Notes: a model not told the origin generated them from the letters alone. A stretch of 62,313 nt of DNA, filler included, from 9 parts of 9 records of this genome joined end to end with filler, not necessarily neighbours in it; one strand, 5' to 3'; shown: positions 43,311-53,720, numbered from the whole stretch's first letter. A program made the numbers and translations.

Positions 43311-43383
43311 ATTCCCCCTCCCCTGTCCGGTCCCGTACGATCAGGACGCAGCCCCTTCCGGGACGCCTTCGCCGACTGCCAAC

Positions 43384-43413
43384 ATTATGAGAGGGAGATC
43401 ATCGAAAAGTCAA
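43384..43413 (-). promoter_or_regulatory. Sigma70-type promoter for the 1384-aa gene and its regulator
   Basis: TTGACT-N18-CATAAT. Confidence 0.5.
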
Positions 43414-43443
43414 TTGCGAACGAAAGGCCGTCAGGGACCGGTT

Positions 43444-44577
43444 TCAGGGAGGACAGGAATCGCAGACGACCCTGTTCCGCCCCTTCTCCTTGGCCGTCTT
43501 CAGATGGGACTCGGCCTTCTTTATGATCAGATCGAATGAACTGTCCGGGTGGCTGCGGGTTATCCCTATGCTGACGGTCAGAGGCTCCGGAACCTTCCGA
43601 AAGGGATAGGCCTCGAATTTCTCCCGGACGCGCTGGCCCAGGATGACGGCCTCCTCCTCTACTGTGTCCGGAAGGAGGAAGAGGAAGCTCTCCCCTCCGA
43701 AGCGGTAGATTCTGTCCGACAGGCGCAGAGAGTTCCTCAGCAGATCGGCGGTCTCCTTCAGCACCTCGTCTCCGGCGAGGTGACCCAGATTGTCATTGAC
43801 GGCTCTGAAATGATCCAGATCCATCAGCGCCACGCAAAAGGGACTCTCAGAGCGGCTGCTGCGGGCCAGCTCCTTCTCCAGATCGGCCTTCAGGTAACGC
43901 CTGTTGAACAGCCCTGTAAGAGGATCGGCGGCGCTCTCTATATCCGAACACCTGTACTGCTCCTCCAGAGAGATCCGGTTCTGAAGGTTCTCCATCCGCA
44001 GGGAACGGATGTGGAGATAGACAAACCAGATACAGAGATAGGCGATCAACACGGATGAGATGATAGACAGAGGCTGAGCCACCAGAGCGCCCAGAAACAG
44101 CACGGAAGAGCAGAAGAAGAGCAGCATCAGAGCGCTGAGAAAGGCGAACAGCCCCGGTTCGAGCCACAGGACGGCGACCAGGAAGACAAGGGAAACAGGC
44201 AGGGAGATCAGGTGCCTGCCGTTGGCCAGGGCTATGAAGCTGAGGGCCGATATGAAAAGGCTCTGAAGGGTCAGGTAAGGTTTGAACAGGCGGAAGAACC
44301 CCGTCTGCTCTTCATCTTTTACAGGACGGATAAAGACGGGGATCATAAGCAGGTTCAGTCCCGCCATAGCAAGACTGGCAATCAGACCGCCCTCGAAATA
44401 AAGAACGTCCCTCCCCCCGGTCAACACAATCCTCAACAGGGAGAAGAGGGCGAGTATGACAAAGAGAGCCGGAAGGCTCCGTATGTTCCTTCTGTTGCTG
44501 AGTCTGCGTTCCCTTAAATAGAACTCACGATGCTCATCGGTCCTGAAGAAGATCTCTTTTCTCTTGAATAGCGACAT
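43444..44577 (-). CDS. Membrane-bound GGDEF-domain protein with a degenerate GGESF motif
   Basis: About 6 TM helices; DPLTGLFNRR, DLDHFRAVNDNLGHLAGD, RLSDRIYRFGGESF, AKEKGRN. Confidence 0.9.
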   Translation of the reverse strand: MSLFKRKEIFFRTDEHREFYLRERRLSNRRNIRSLPALFVILALFSLLRIVLTGGRDVLYFEGGLIASLAMAGLNLLMIPVFIRPVKDEEQTGFFRLFKPYLTLQSLFISALSFIALANGRHLISLPVSLVFLVAVLWLEPGLFAFLSALMLLFFCSSVLFLGALVAQPLSIISSVLIAYLCIWFVYLHIRSLRMENLQNRISLEEQYRCSDIESAADPLTGLFNRRYLKADLEKELARSSRSESPFCVALMDLDHFRAVNDNLGHLAGDEVLKETADLLRNSLRLSDRIYRFGGESFLFLLPDTVEEEAVILGQRVREKFEAYPFRKVPEPLTVSIGITRSHPDSSFDLIIKKAESHLKTAKEKGRNRVVCDSCPP

Positions 44578-44663
44578 ACCATAATTCTAGGATCAGAAAC
44601 AGCGGGAGACAAGCAAAAAAGCGGATCTGTTCTTTTTTTTCATAACTAGCTAGAATCGGAACC

Positions 44664-44770
44664 ATGAATACGATCTACCTTATGCGTCACGGCGAGACGG
44701 AATGGAACATAGAGAAACGCTATCAGGGCCGGCTGGATTCCCCCCTGACCGAAACCGGTGAGCTGCGCAC
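44664..44770 (+). CDS. Histidine phosphatase family protein; 3'-partial
   Basis: MNTIYLMRHGETEWN...QGRLDSPLTETG (RHG motif). Confidence 0.88.
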
Positions 44771-44870
44771 NNNNNNNNNNNNNNNNNNNNNNNNNNNNNN
44801 NNNNNNNNNNNNNNTTAATTAATTAANNNNNNNNNNNNNNNNNNNNNNNNNNNNNNNNNNNNNNNNNNNN
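44771..44870. other. Artificial contig linker
   Basis: N44-TTAATTAATTAA-N44. Confidence 0.99.
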
Positions 44871-44967
44871 ATTTTGGCATACAGGGCGGCTTTTTTTAAG
44901 CCTGCAAGCGGATTAAAGTTTCGCTAGGTCTCGGTTTTTATGTTGGCGAAACATTGGAGTGAATCAA

Positions 44968-46338
44968 ATGGATGACAATACGGAATATTGGAAAGAGCTC
45001 CTCGGAGACGATTATAACGAAGAGCTCCTGAGCGCACTGCAGTCCGGGTCCATAAAGCCCAAAAGCGGCGGCTATGATGATTATACGTCGGACGAGCCGG
45101 ACGACGGCCTGCATTTTTACAATTACGATCTCTCGGACACAGAGGGCGGACCGGATGAAAACACGGCGCCGGATGCGCCCAAGCCGGAACCGGAGCGCGA
45201 TTTAATGCCGGCCGGCAAAGCTGACGACTTTAAAGTTAATTTTGATTTCGACGGGGAATACCGGGACCTGCCGGATAACCGGCCGCTTCGTCCACGGCGC
45301 GAGCGGCGTACAGGCTGTCTCGGCGGCATTTTATATGCTGTTTTTGTCATCTGCATCTGTCTGCTGCTGGCCTCGCTTCTGTGGCTGGCTGCAACAGATG
45401 TCCTCGGGCTTGGCGCCGACAGCGAGTCCGTACAGATCACAATTCCTCAGGATTATACCATTGACGAAGTGGCTTCAATTCTAAAAGAGAACGGACTGGT
45501 TGAGTACAAGTTCCTTTTTAAGCTGTTCGCTAATTTCTCCCACGCAGACAAGACGATTGCGGCCGGCACTTATTATCTCAACGAGAACTTTGATTACCGG
45601 GCCCTCGTCACGGGTATGTCGACAAAGGGCGGCCAGCGTGCCGAGGTCGATGTGGTTATACCGGAGGGCTATTCGCTCCGGCAGATCATTGAGCTGTTTG
45701 ATGCCAACGGTGTGGCGTCAGCGGATGAGCTGTGGGACAGGGCGGCCAATTATGATTTTGATTACCCGTTCCTTGATGAGAGCACACTGGGCGATAAATT
45801 GAGGCTGGAAGGCTATTTATTCCCCGACACGTACACGTATTATGTTGGTGATTCTCCGACACGTGCCTTTACAAAGCTTTTAGACAACTTTGAGGCCAAG
45901 TTTAAACAGGAATATATCGACCGTGCGGCGGAATTGGGCTACTCAATACGCGATATCATCACCATTGCGTCCATGATCGAAAGAGAAGCCGGCGGCGATG
46001 AAGAGCGCAGCACGATTGCTTCCGTCATCTACAACCGGCTGAACAGCGACTACAAGTATCTTGAAATCGACGCAACGATTGTCTATGCCATCCATTCCGT
46101 TGCGGGAACCGACGAAGAATTTTCAACGGAGTATGACAGCCCGTACAACACCTATATGTATCCGGGCCTGCCGGCCGGGCCGATCGCCAACCCCGGTATC
46201 GAGTCCATCAAGGCCGCGCTCTATCCCGAGAGCACCAATTACTTCTACTATGCGCTCAACCAGAGCGATACGCATGACTTCTTCAGCGACTACGACGATT
46301 TCCTGGCATTTATCAACAGCGATGCGTATGGCGGATAA
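44968..46338 (+). CDS. mltG: Endolytic transglycosylase MltG
   Basis: Acidic N-terminus + TM; IPEGY, LEGYLFPDTY, ASMIEREA, SVIYNRL, SPYNTY..GLPAGPIANPG. Confidence 0.95.
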   Translation: MDDNTEYWKELLGDDYNEELLSALQSGSIKPKSGGYDDYTSDEPDDGLHFYNYDLSDTEGGPDENTAPDAPKPEPERDLMPAGKADDFKVNFDFDGEYRDLPDNRPLRPRRERRTGCLGGILYAVFVICICLLLASLLWLAATDVLGLGADSESVQITIPQDYTIDEVASILKENGLVEYKFLFKLFANFSHADKTIAAGTYYLNENFDYRALVTGMSTKGGQRAEVDVVIPEGYSLRQIIELFDANGVASADELWDRAANYDFDYPFLDESTLGDKLRLEGYLFPDTYTYYVGDSPTRAFTKLLDNFEAKFKQEYIDRAAELGYSIRDIITIASMIEREAGGDEERSTIASVIYNRLNSDYKYLEIDATIVYAIHSVAGTDEEFSTEYDSPYNTYMYPGLPAGPIANPGIESIKAALYPESTNYFYYALNQSDTHDFFSDYDDFLAFINSDAYGG

Positions 46339-47560
46339 AAAACCGGAGCTTTTATCACCGGCCGGCGATATGGAGCGCCTCATAATGGCGCTCCGTTACG
46401 GCGCGGATGCCGTTTACCTGTCGGGGAATCGGTTCGGGATGCGCGCGGCGGCAGGCAACTTTAGCCTTGACGAGCTGAAAACGGCCGCTGAGCTCTGCCG
46501 AGCGAACGGTGTGCGCCTTTACGCGGCGTGCAATATGGTAATGCACGGCGACGATATCAAGGCGCTGCCGCCGTTTCTTGAGCAGCTGCAGTCGGCCGGC
46601 GCGGATGCGGTGATTGTTTCGGATCTGGGCGCGATGGCGCTGGCCAGAAAATACGCGCCGAAGCTGAAGCTCCATGTGAGTACCCAGGCGGGGGTTGCCA
46701 ACGCGGAAAGCGCCCGTGCGTTTTTTGATTTTGGCGCATCCCGTGTGATCCTAGCACGCGAGCTGACGCTCGGGGAAATCCGTGAGATCCGGGAAAACAC
46801 GCCCAAAGAGCTGGAGATTGAGACGTTTGTACACGGCAGTATGTGCATGGGGTTTTCCGGACGCTGCCTGTTATCCAACTATCTCGCCGGGCGCGATGCC
46901 AATAAAGGCGCGTGCGCCCAGCCTTGCCGCTGGAAATATCACCTCGTTGAGGAACGGCGGCCGGGTGAGATGCTGGAGATCACGGAAGACGGCGGGACGT
47001 TCCTATTAAATTCACGCGACCTGTGCATGATTGAGCATGTCCCCGAGCTGATGGAAGCCGGTATTAACAGCTTTAAGATTGAAGGACGCCAGAAATCGTT
47101 TTATTATGCTGCTGTTATTACAAACGCCTACCGGAAAGCCATTGACGCGGCTGAAAAAGGTGAGCCGCTAGAGCCCGTTTGGCTCAATGAGGTCAACAAG
47201 GTCAGCCACCGGCAGTATTCTACCGGTTTTTATTTTGATGCGAACGGCCCCGGCCAGTATTACGCGGACGCCATATATTTTTCCGACTGCGATGTCGTCG
47301 CCATGGTGGAAGCGTGTGATGAAGAGGGAATTGCCGATCTCACCCAGAGAAATTATTTTTTTAAGGGTGACAGGCTTGAGCTGCTGACACCGGACGGCGC
47401 GCCGGTTTCATTTATGGCTGAGCTGATTTATGATGCCGAGGGCGGGCTGCTCGACGCCGTAAAGCATCCGATGATGCCATTTCGGATGAAGCTGCCGAAA
47501 AATGCGCCCAGGTACTCGATTGTGCGAAAAAGCCGAAAAGGAGCCGAAAATGGATTTTGA
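46328..47560 (+). CDS. U32 family protein (TrhP/YrrO-like, tRNA hydroxylation)
   Basis: KPELLSPAG, GADAVY, HVSTQ, LAREL, HGSMCMGFSGRCLLS, GACAQPCRW, FKIEGR. Confidence 0.92.
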   Translation: MADKKPELLSPAGDMERLIMALRYGADAVYLSGNRFGMRAAAGNFSLDELKTAAELCRANGVRLYAACNMVMHGDDIKALPPFLEQLQSAGADAVIVSDLGAMALARKYAPKLKLHVSTQAGVANAESARAFFDFGASRVILARELTLGEIREIRENTPKELEIETFVHGSMCMGFSGRCLLSNYLAGRDANKGACAQPCRWKYHLVEERRPGEMLEITEDGGTFLLNSRDLCMIEHVPELMEAGINSFKIEGRQKSFYYAAVITNAYRKAIDAAEKGEPLEPVWLNEVNKVSHRQYSTGFYFDANGPGQYYADAIYFSDCDVVAMVEACDEEGIADLTQRNYFFKGDRLELLTPDGAPVSFMAELIYDAEGGLLDAVKHPMMPFRMKLPKNAPRYSIVRKSRKGAENGF

Positions 47561-48404
47561 TTGTCTGAAAGCAGAATTGAGCGATTTTCTGCTAAACGAT
47601 GAAGGCAACTTTATTCAGCCGGATGACGCCATGCGGGAAGACCTTGTCGGTCTGCGTTTGTTTGACGCGCCGCTTTTCGGCGTGGCCTCAGCGGACGATG
47701 CGCTGTTTAAAGAACTGAAAGCCCCGGCGGCTCTGGGAGAAATATTTATGTTTCCTGAATGGTGGCTGGAGGGCGCAAAAAGTGTCGTCTCATTCTTTTT
47801 CCCCATTTCGGAGCGCATCCGGAGCCAAAACGCGACAGATTTTGACTACCCCTGTGACGAGTGGCTCCATGCGCGCATTGAGGGCCAGATGATGAATGAT
47901 ATTTTTGCCGAACATTTTTGCCGGCGTCTGGAGAAAGATGGGTACCGTGCTGTTGCGCCGTCCATAGACAATCGGCTTATTGAGGATATTCCGAATTTCA
48001 GCACCAACTGGTCCGAGCGCCATACGGCATTTATCTGCGGGCTGGGGACTTTCGGCATGTCGTACGGCCTTATTACAGAAAAAGGTGTTGCCGGCCGGTT
48101 CGGCAGCGTTGTGACGGACCTTGAGCTGCCCGCTACGCCGCGTGAATATACGGATATCTACGAATACTGTATAAAATGCGGGCTGTGCGCCCGGCATTGC
48201 CCGGCGGACGCCATTGACGCCGGTGCGCCTATGACCGAGGCCAAGTCGCATCTCAAATGCATGAAATTTCAAGGGCCGATTCGAAGCGCGCCGCCGCGCG
48301 GGAAAAGCCAGCGTGTCCGCTACGGCTGCGGAAAATGCCAGATAAAGGTGCCCTGCGAGGTCAGAAGGCCGAAAAAGCCGGCCGCCGAGTCCAAAAAACA
48401 TTGA
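47550..48404 (+). CDS. Epoxyqueuosine reductase-like 4Fe-4S protein
   Basis: WSERHTAFICGLGTFG, GRFGSVVTD, CIKCGLCARHCP, CGKCQIKVPC. Confidence 0.82.
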   Translation: MDFDCLKAELSDFLLNDEGNFIQPDDAMREDLVGLRLFDAPLFGVASADDALFKELKAPAALGEIFMFPEWWLEGAKSVVSFFFPISERIRSQNATDFDYPCDEWLHARIEGQMMNDIFAEHFCRRLEKDGYRAVAPSIDNRLIEDIPNFSTNWSERHTAFICGLGTFGMSYGLITEKGVAGRFGSVVTDLELPATPREYTDIYEYCIKCGLCARHCPADAIDAGAPMTEAKSHLKCMKFQGPIRSAPPRGKSQRVRYGCGKCQIKVPCEVRRPKKPAAESKKH

Positions 48405-48443
48405 CGAATACATATAAGCCGCGCGCGGTCCGGGTATTTATTG

Positions 48444-48473
48444 TTGACATGGTCGGGCGGGGTATTATATAAT
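48444..48473 (+). promoter_or_regulatory. Consensus sigma70/sigmaA promoter of the rpmH operon
   Basis: TTGACA-N18-TATAAT. Confidence 0.8.
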
Positions 48474-48655
48474 AAATTTCCGCATCGGAGCATTCCGATC
48501 GATTATGACATCGGCTGCTCAGCCGCGACGTTACTTTAGACATCGCACCGAGTAAGATTGCCTGTTCCGGGCTTATCGGCAGCCGCTGTAAAACTTTTGG
48601 GAAAGTTTTCGGTAACTGCATCCGAATAGCCCGTTTTGTTAAGGAGGTGCCACAT

Positions 48656-48790
48656 ATGCTTAGACCATATCAGCCGAAAAAGCGCCAACGCTCCAAGGAG
48701 CACGGATTCCGTAAGAGAATGTCGACAAAGAACGGCCGAAAAGTTCTTGCCCGCCGCCGTGCGAAGGGCAGAGCGAAGCTCTCCGCATAA
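48656..48790 (+). CDS. rpmH: 50S ribosomal protein L34 (absent from the ORF track)
   Basis: [54 protein letters not shown]. Confidence 0.98.
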   Translation: MLRPYQPKKRQRSKEHGFRKRMSTKNGRKVLARRRAKGRAKLSA

Positions 48791-48856
48791 TGGACCAGGC
48801 TGAGCCGGAAACATTTTTTAGGGCGGTTTATCCGCCCTATGGCTGTTTGACAGGGA

Positions 48857-49210
48857 GTGCACCGTTTGAGGTTTTCTACATCCTTAAAAAATAACTACGA
48901 ATTCAGACGTCTGTACGCCAAGGGCAAATGCGCTGCTTCTCCATATGCCGCCGTCTACTGCCGCAGGAATAGAAGCCGCGCCAATAAATTGGGAATTACC
49001 GTGAGTACAAAGCTTGGCAACGCTGTCAAGCGAAACCGCATAAGACGCCGGTACCGTGAGATCTACCGGCTGAACGAGGACAAGCTTGCCGGCGGGTACG
49101 ACATTGTCATTGTCGCGCGGGCTAAAAGCCGATTCAGCCAGTACCGCGAGCTGGAGGCGGATTTTCTCCGGCTGTGCAGGCGGCTTGGTGTCTGCGCGGA
49201 CAAGTCATGA
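48857..49210 (+). CDS. rnpA: Ribonuclease P protein component (start may be TTG 48866)
   Basis: [31 protein letters not shown]. Confidence 0.96.
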   Translation: MHRLRFSTSLKNNYEFRRLYAKGKCAASPYAAVYCRRNRSRANKLGITVSTKLGNAVKRNRIRRRYREIYRLNEDKLAGGYDIVIVARAKSRFSQYRELEADFLRLCRRLGVCADKS

Positions 49211-49416
49211 AATCAATACTCATTGCCCTGATCCGATTTTACAGAAAGAATATATCGCCGCTGACAAAGCCCTCCTGCCGTTTTACGCCAACCTGTTCGG
49301 CGTATGCGCTTGAAGCGGTTGAGAAATACGGCGCTGCAAAAGGCGCGTGGCTGGCACTCAGGAGATTTCTGAAATGCCATCCGTTTCACAAAGGCGGGTA
49401 TGACCCCGTGCCGTGA
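49207..49416 (+). CDS. yidD: Membrane protein insertion efficiency factor YidD
   Basis: YRKNISP...[14 protein letters not shown]...[14 protein letters not shown]. Confidence 0.96.
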   Translation: MKSILIALIRFYRKNISPLTKPSCRFTPTCSAYALEAVEKYGAAKGAWLALRRFLKCHPFHKGGYDPVP

Positions 49417-49439
49417 GCACGAACTTTCAGAATGGAGAC

Positions 49440-50792
49440 ATGAACTTGGAGTTTATAACAAAACCGTTTGGCTGGCTCTTAATGCTGCTGTACCAGCTGG
49501 TCAACAACTACGGCCTGGCCGTCATACTGTTCGCGCTGCTCGTTAAGGTCATCCTGCTGCCGTTCCAGATGAAATCAAAGCGCAGCATGATGAAAACAAG
49601 CCGCGTTCAGCCCAAGCTCAAGGAGCTCGAGAAGAAACACGGTGCGAATAAGCAAAAGTACAACGAAGAGGTCGCCAAGCTCTATAAAGAAGAGGGCATC
49701 AACCCGATGTCGGGCTGCCTGTGGTCGCTCATTCCGTTCCCGATCATCATCGCGCTGTTCAGCGCCATCCGCCAGCCGCTGACCATTATGATGGGCGTTC
49801 CGAAGGCGCTGATTCAGGAAGGCGGCACGATTCTTGAAAAGCTGACGTCGCTGGGTTGGACCAACCAATTAAATGCCAGTTACGAGCAAATATCTCAAGC
49901 ACAGTTTATATCTCAGCACTTTGATCAGTTTGCCGGCTTAAGCGATAAGCTCCAGCAGATCAATTACGGCTTTTTAGGCATGAACCTTGGGGAGAAGCCA
50001 GCGGTTAACTTCCTGTGGACGACTGACTGGAGTGACCCGTCCATCTGGGGTCCGGGACTGTTGCTGTTCCTTCTCCCGCTTGTATCGGGCGGACTGGCTT
50101 TCCTTTCGTCGCGAGTCAGCATGAAGATGAACGCCCAGCCGGATAATCCGCAGGCAGGCTCCATGAAGTCCATGATGATGCTGATGCCGCTGATTAACGT
50201 TTATTTCGCATTCATCATGCCCGGCGCCATCGGCGTATATATTATTGCAAGCATGTTCTTCCAGACGGTGCAGGAGATTGTCCTCACGAAGCATTATACG
50301 AAGGTCATGGAAGCCGAGGATGCCATCAAATTCGAGCAAATGAGAATACGCGAGGCTGAGCTTGAGGCCAAGCGGGCGGAAACCGAGCGCAAGAAGCTTG
50401 AAAACGCGACGACTAAAAACCGTAATACGTCCAAGAAAAAACAGGCCAAGACTGAGCGTCAGGAGCAAATGGAAAAGGCTGCCGAGTGGGAAAAAATGCA
50501 TTCAGACAAGCCTGAAGAAAAGAAGGAAGATCCCAGCAGCGTCGGGACGCGGCGTTACGCGCGGGGCCGGGCTTATAATCCGGAGCGCTTTGCCGGTGAA
50601 GATACAATGGAAGAATTATCTGAATCCGGGGAAGAGTCCGACGAAGCTGAAAGCACCGTATCCGAGGCTGAGGAAACAGCTGAGCTGACAAACGAAGCCG
50701 AGGCCGGCGAGGCTGAAACCGAAGAGGATGAGGCCGACGATCAGCCGGACGACACGGACAGTGAAGACGAAGCCGAGAAAAAGGACGAATAG
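49440..50792 (+). CDS. yidC: YidC/Oxa1 membrane protein insertase with a long charged C-terminal tail
   Basis: NYGLAVILFALLVKVILLP, LYKEEGINPMSGC; conserved operon position. Confidence 0.93.
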   Translation: MNLEFITKPFGWLLMLLYQLVNNYGLAVILFALLVKVILLPFQMKSKRSMMKTSRVQPKLKELEKKHGANKQKYNEEVAKLYKEEGINPMSGCLWSLIPFPIIIALFSAIRQPLTIMMGVPKALIQEGGTILEKLTSLGWTNQLNASYEQISQAQFISQHFDQFAGLSDKLQQINYGFLGMNLGEKPAVNFLWTTDWSDPSIWGPGLLLFLLPLVSGGLAFLSSRVSMKMNAQPDNPQAGSMKSMMMLMPLINVYFAFIMPGAIGVYIIASMFFQTVQEIVLTKHYTKVMEAEDAIKFEQMRIREAELEAKRAETERKKLENATTKNRNTSKKKQAKTERQEQMEKAAEWEKMHSDKPEEKKEDPSSVGTRRYARGRAYNPERFAGEDTMEELSESGEESDEAESTVSEAEETAELTNEAEAGEAETEEDEADDQPDDTDSEDEAEKKDE

Positions 50793-50845
50793 ACAACTTT
50801 AAGCCATCAGACACAGCGCACGGCTTTTTAGAAGAGGTGAACGGC

Positions 50846-51492
50846 ATGTTGAAATCGATTGAAGTAAGCGGCAAAACGGAGGACGAGGCCATCCAGACGG
50901 CGCTGGATGAGCTGGGTATCGGTCGTGATGAAGTGTCCGTAGAGATCATTGAGCGGGCAAAAGCGGGATTTCTGGGTTTAAAAAGCACGCCCGCCGTCGT
51001 CCGGGTGACCTATGAAAGCGTCACATCAAACGCCGAGCGCGTGGAAAGCTTTTTAACCGGTCTATTTTTGCGCATGGGCGTAAGCGCGACGCCTGAGATC
51101 ACCGAGGAAGAAGGCGTTGTATCCGTTAACCTGACCGGGGAGGACCCGGGCATCCTGATTGGCCGTCGCGGGGAGACGCTTGATGCGATCCAGCACCTGA
51201 CAAACTACGCGGTTAATCGCAACGCAACAGGTCGCGTGCGCGTCAATATCGACACGGAAAATTACAGGCAGCGCCGCAACGAGGCGCTGGAACGGCTGGC
51301 CGACAAGGTCGCTACCAAGGCCGTTAAGTATAGAAGAAACATGACGCTTGAGCCGATGAATTCCTATGAGCGCCATATCATCCACACGACCTTGCAGGAG
51401 CATGAAAACGTCACGACCTATTCGATCGGGACCGAGCCAAACCGCCGTGTTGTCGTTGTTTATGAACGAAAAGGCGGTGGCGGCACAAAGGA
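50846..51492 (+). CDS. khpB: Jag/KhpB (EloR) RNA-binding protein; 3'-partial
   Basis: Jag_N GKTEDEAI, KH LIGRRGETLDAIQ, R3H PMNSYERHIIH. Confidence 0.95.
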
Positions 51493-51592
51493 NNNNNNNN
51501 NNNNNNNNNNNNNNNNNNNNNNNNNNNNNNNNNNNNTTAATTAATTAANNNNNNNNNNNNNNNNNNNNNNNNNNNNNNNNNNNNNNNNNNNN
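51493..51592. other. Artificial contig linker
   Basis: N44-TTAATTAATTAA-N44. Confidence 0.99.
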
Positions 51593-52515
51593 AGCAGGCG
51601 TTCGCCGATGTCGCAGGGCGGCGGTTGCCGGCTGGCCGCGGGAATGAAAAGCGGCGAGATGCGCTCAAAGCGAACTCCGCCACGGTAGGTTACCCGGCGA
51701 ATGGGGGCCGAGCCGCCGTGACGCGTTCCCGGCGCGCGCACGACAGTGGTGCCGCCGGGCGGCGAGCGGCCGGCGATTTCGAAAATCAGCTTGCGGCGGA
51801 TGGCATCGGCAAATGCGCCGAACCCTTCGGCAATCACCAGAAAGGCGCCGGGGCCGCCGATGACGCAGTGCCGGTAATAGAGATCGAGATCGGGAATCTG
51901 CGGCCAGCCGAACGGATTCAGGCGGTCGTTGACGATGGGCAGGCCGTTGATCGTGATGCCGGCGGCGGCGGCCGCGTCGCGGGTGACGGTGATCAGGCCG
52001 CCGTCGTTGTTGGCGCCGTCGCCGGAAATGTCGATGACGCGACGGGTGCCTTCGAAGCCGTTGTTATCGAACCGCGGCATGGCGAAGCGGACGACGCCGC
52101 TGATCGAGGTCCACATGCCGCGGGTGATCGGAAGGTGGTCGATTTTGCCGGTGAAGGCGCGGGCGCTTTGTGGGCCGTCGATCAGGTGCCAGTCGGCGAT
52201 GACGGTCTTGTAGTCGAGCCCGGCCCATTCGATGTAGGACACCGCGATGGCGCCCTTGAACCCGGCCTGAATGACGCCGACGACGCGCGGATCGGTCAGC
52301 GCGTCCAGGTATCCCTGGCGTTGCAGCCGGGCTTCGTCGACATCGACGCTGCCGGAAACGTCGATCGCCAGGACCAGTTCGAGATCGACCGGTATGGCGG
52401 CGGCCGGGCGAAGCGCCAGACAGCCCAGCAGCAATGCCAGGGCAAGCATGGGGGCTTTTCTGAACGATCCGTATCGAATTTCGTTCACCTGACGCAAGTC
52501 CAGGTCCGTGTCCAA
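51593..52515 (-). CDS. DUF1194 (vWA-like) secreted protein; 3'-partial (start may be ATG 52449)
   Basis: VDLELVLAIDVSGSVD...LQRQGY, VIDISGDGANN, ITINGLPI, VIGGPGAF, AIRRKLIFEIA. Confidence 0.9.
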
Positions 52516-52665
52516 CGATGCCGTTACCCCTATTCAGATGGGTTTGGCGGGGCTCAAACAAAAGGGCAGGACGTTTCATGGTGTCCGGAGTGCCCGGTAG
52601 GTGTTGATTTCCTGAAGCGAAAGCAGAACAATGCGCCGTTGGTCCCATTCACGGAGGTAAGGATC

Positions 52666-53055
52666 GTGGCCCTAAAGCGCAGACAGCGCATCCTGGTCGT
52701 CGATGACGATTCCCTGGTTCGCGATACCATCGCCGATATCCTCAGCGATGCCGGATATCAGGCGGTTATCGCGGCATCCTGGGATATGGGCGAGACCGGC
52801 TTCGAGGGAATCGGCTATTCCCTGGTCATCACCGACATTTTCATGCCGGGGCGGGGCGGTCTGGAAGTGATCGACGATGTCCGCAAGAAATGGCCCGGGG
52901 TCAAGGTTCTTGCCATATCCGGCGGTTGGGGTGGGACCTCGGCCGAAGACGCGGTTCAGGCCGCCCTGCGAATGGGTGCCGACGATACGCTGGCAAAGCC
53001 GTTCGAGCAGCACGATCTGATGGGGAAAGTCGCGGAACTGATCGGCGAAGCCTGA
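52666..53055 (+). CDS. Single-domain response regulator
   Basis: GGAGG RBS + GTG; ILVVDDD, VITDIFMP, AISG, LAKPF. Confidence 0.92.
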   Translation: MALKRRQRILVVDDDSLVRDTIADILSDAGYQAVIAASWDMGETGFEGIGYSLVITDIFMPGRGGLEVIDDVRKKWPGVKVLAISGGWGGTSAEDAVQAALRMGADDTLAKPFEQHDLMGKVAELIGEA

Positions 53056-53060
53056 GACGC

Positions 53061-53720
53061 CTAATCGGGCGTCGCCTGTGCCGGCCCGGCCGGCGACCAC
53101 TCTGCCTCGATTCCATTCCTGCTCTTGATCGCAGACTTGGCGACGGCAACCCATGCCGATTCGTCGGTCCGGCTTTGCCGAATGAGCCAGCGGTAGTCGA
53201 GATCGTTCCAGGCGACGACGTCCTCAAGCTCGTTGTCGAGAACCAGATCGCCGGCATCCGTCACCGCCGTCAACACCAGGTGCAGGGGACCTTTCGGTTG
53301 CCGCGCAATGGTCAGCAGGAGGTTCGAGCGCGGCCAGCCCAGGGCAACCAGTTTCCGCCTTTTTTGCAGGGCGAAGTCCTCGCAGTCGCCGTAAACGAAC
53401 GGATATTCCCAGAAATCGCGTTTGCCGAAGGTATAGCTGTCGGGCCGGTAGGAGACGGCGCGGTTGATTTCGGTCTGAACACGCCGAAGCTGGGCCAGCC
53501 GCGCCGGCGTCAGGGCAACCGGTTGCGGATCCTGTGCCGTTGCCCGGCATTCGCTGGGGTAGCGGTTGCAGAAATCGACGAACCCGCGGGGAGGTGCCAC
53601 GGTGGCCGGAACGAGCCGGTGTGACTCGGCGCCGGCCGGCGCGGCGGCAAAGGCCGCGCCCAATCCCATCACCAACGCGGCGATCGAAGCGGTCGTGCGA
53701 AGAAAACCCATTCGTCCCAA
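53061..53720 (-). CDS. Transglutaminase-like cysteine peptidase (BTLCP/LapG family)
   Basis: Signal peptide; GDCEDFALQKR, HLVL, LVLDN (Cys-His-Asp triad). Confidence 0.93.
   Translation of the reverse strand: MGRMGFLRTTASIAALVMGLGAAFAAAPAGAESHRLVPATVAPPRGFVDFCNRYPSECRATAQDPQPVALTPARLAQLRRVQTEINRAVSYRPDSYTFGKRDFWEYPFVYGDCEDFALQKRRKLVALGWPRSNLLLTIARQPKGPLHLVLTAVTDAGDLVLDNELEDVVAWNDLDYRWLIRQSRTDESAWVAVAKSAIKSRNGIEAEWSPAGPAQATPD

Noticed and set aside
46061-46327. N-terminal extension of the U32 ORF overlapping mltG
   Set aside because: Artefact of the longest-ORF call; homology starts at MADKKPELL (46328).
50350-50792. Long basic-then-acidic YidC tail as a possible new domain
   Set aside because: Low-complexity, probably disordered; extended tails are common on clostridial YidC proteins.
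51625-53055. 476-aa ORF suggesting a large domain fused to a receiver
   Set aside because: The upstream part is antisense to DUF1194; the real gene starts at GTG 52666 after a GGAGG RBS.
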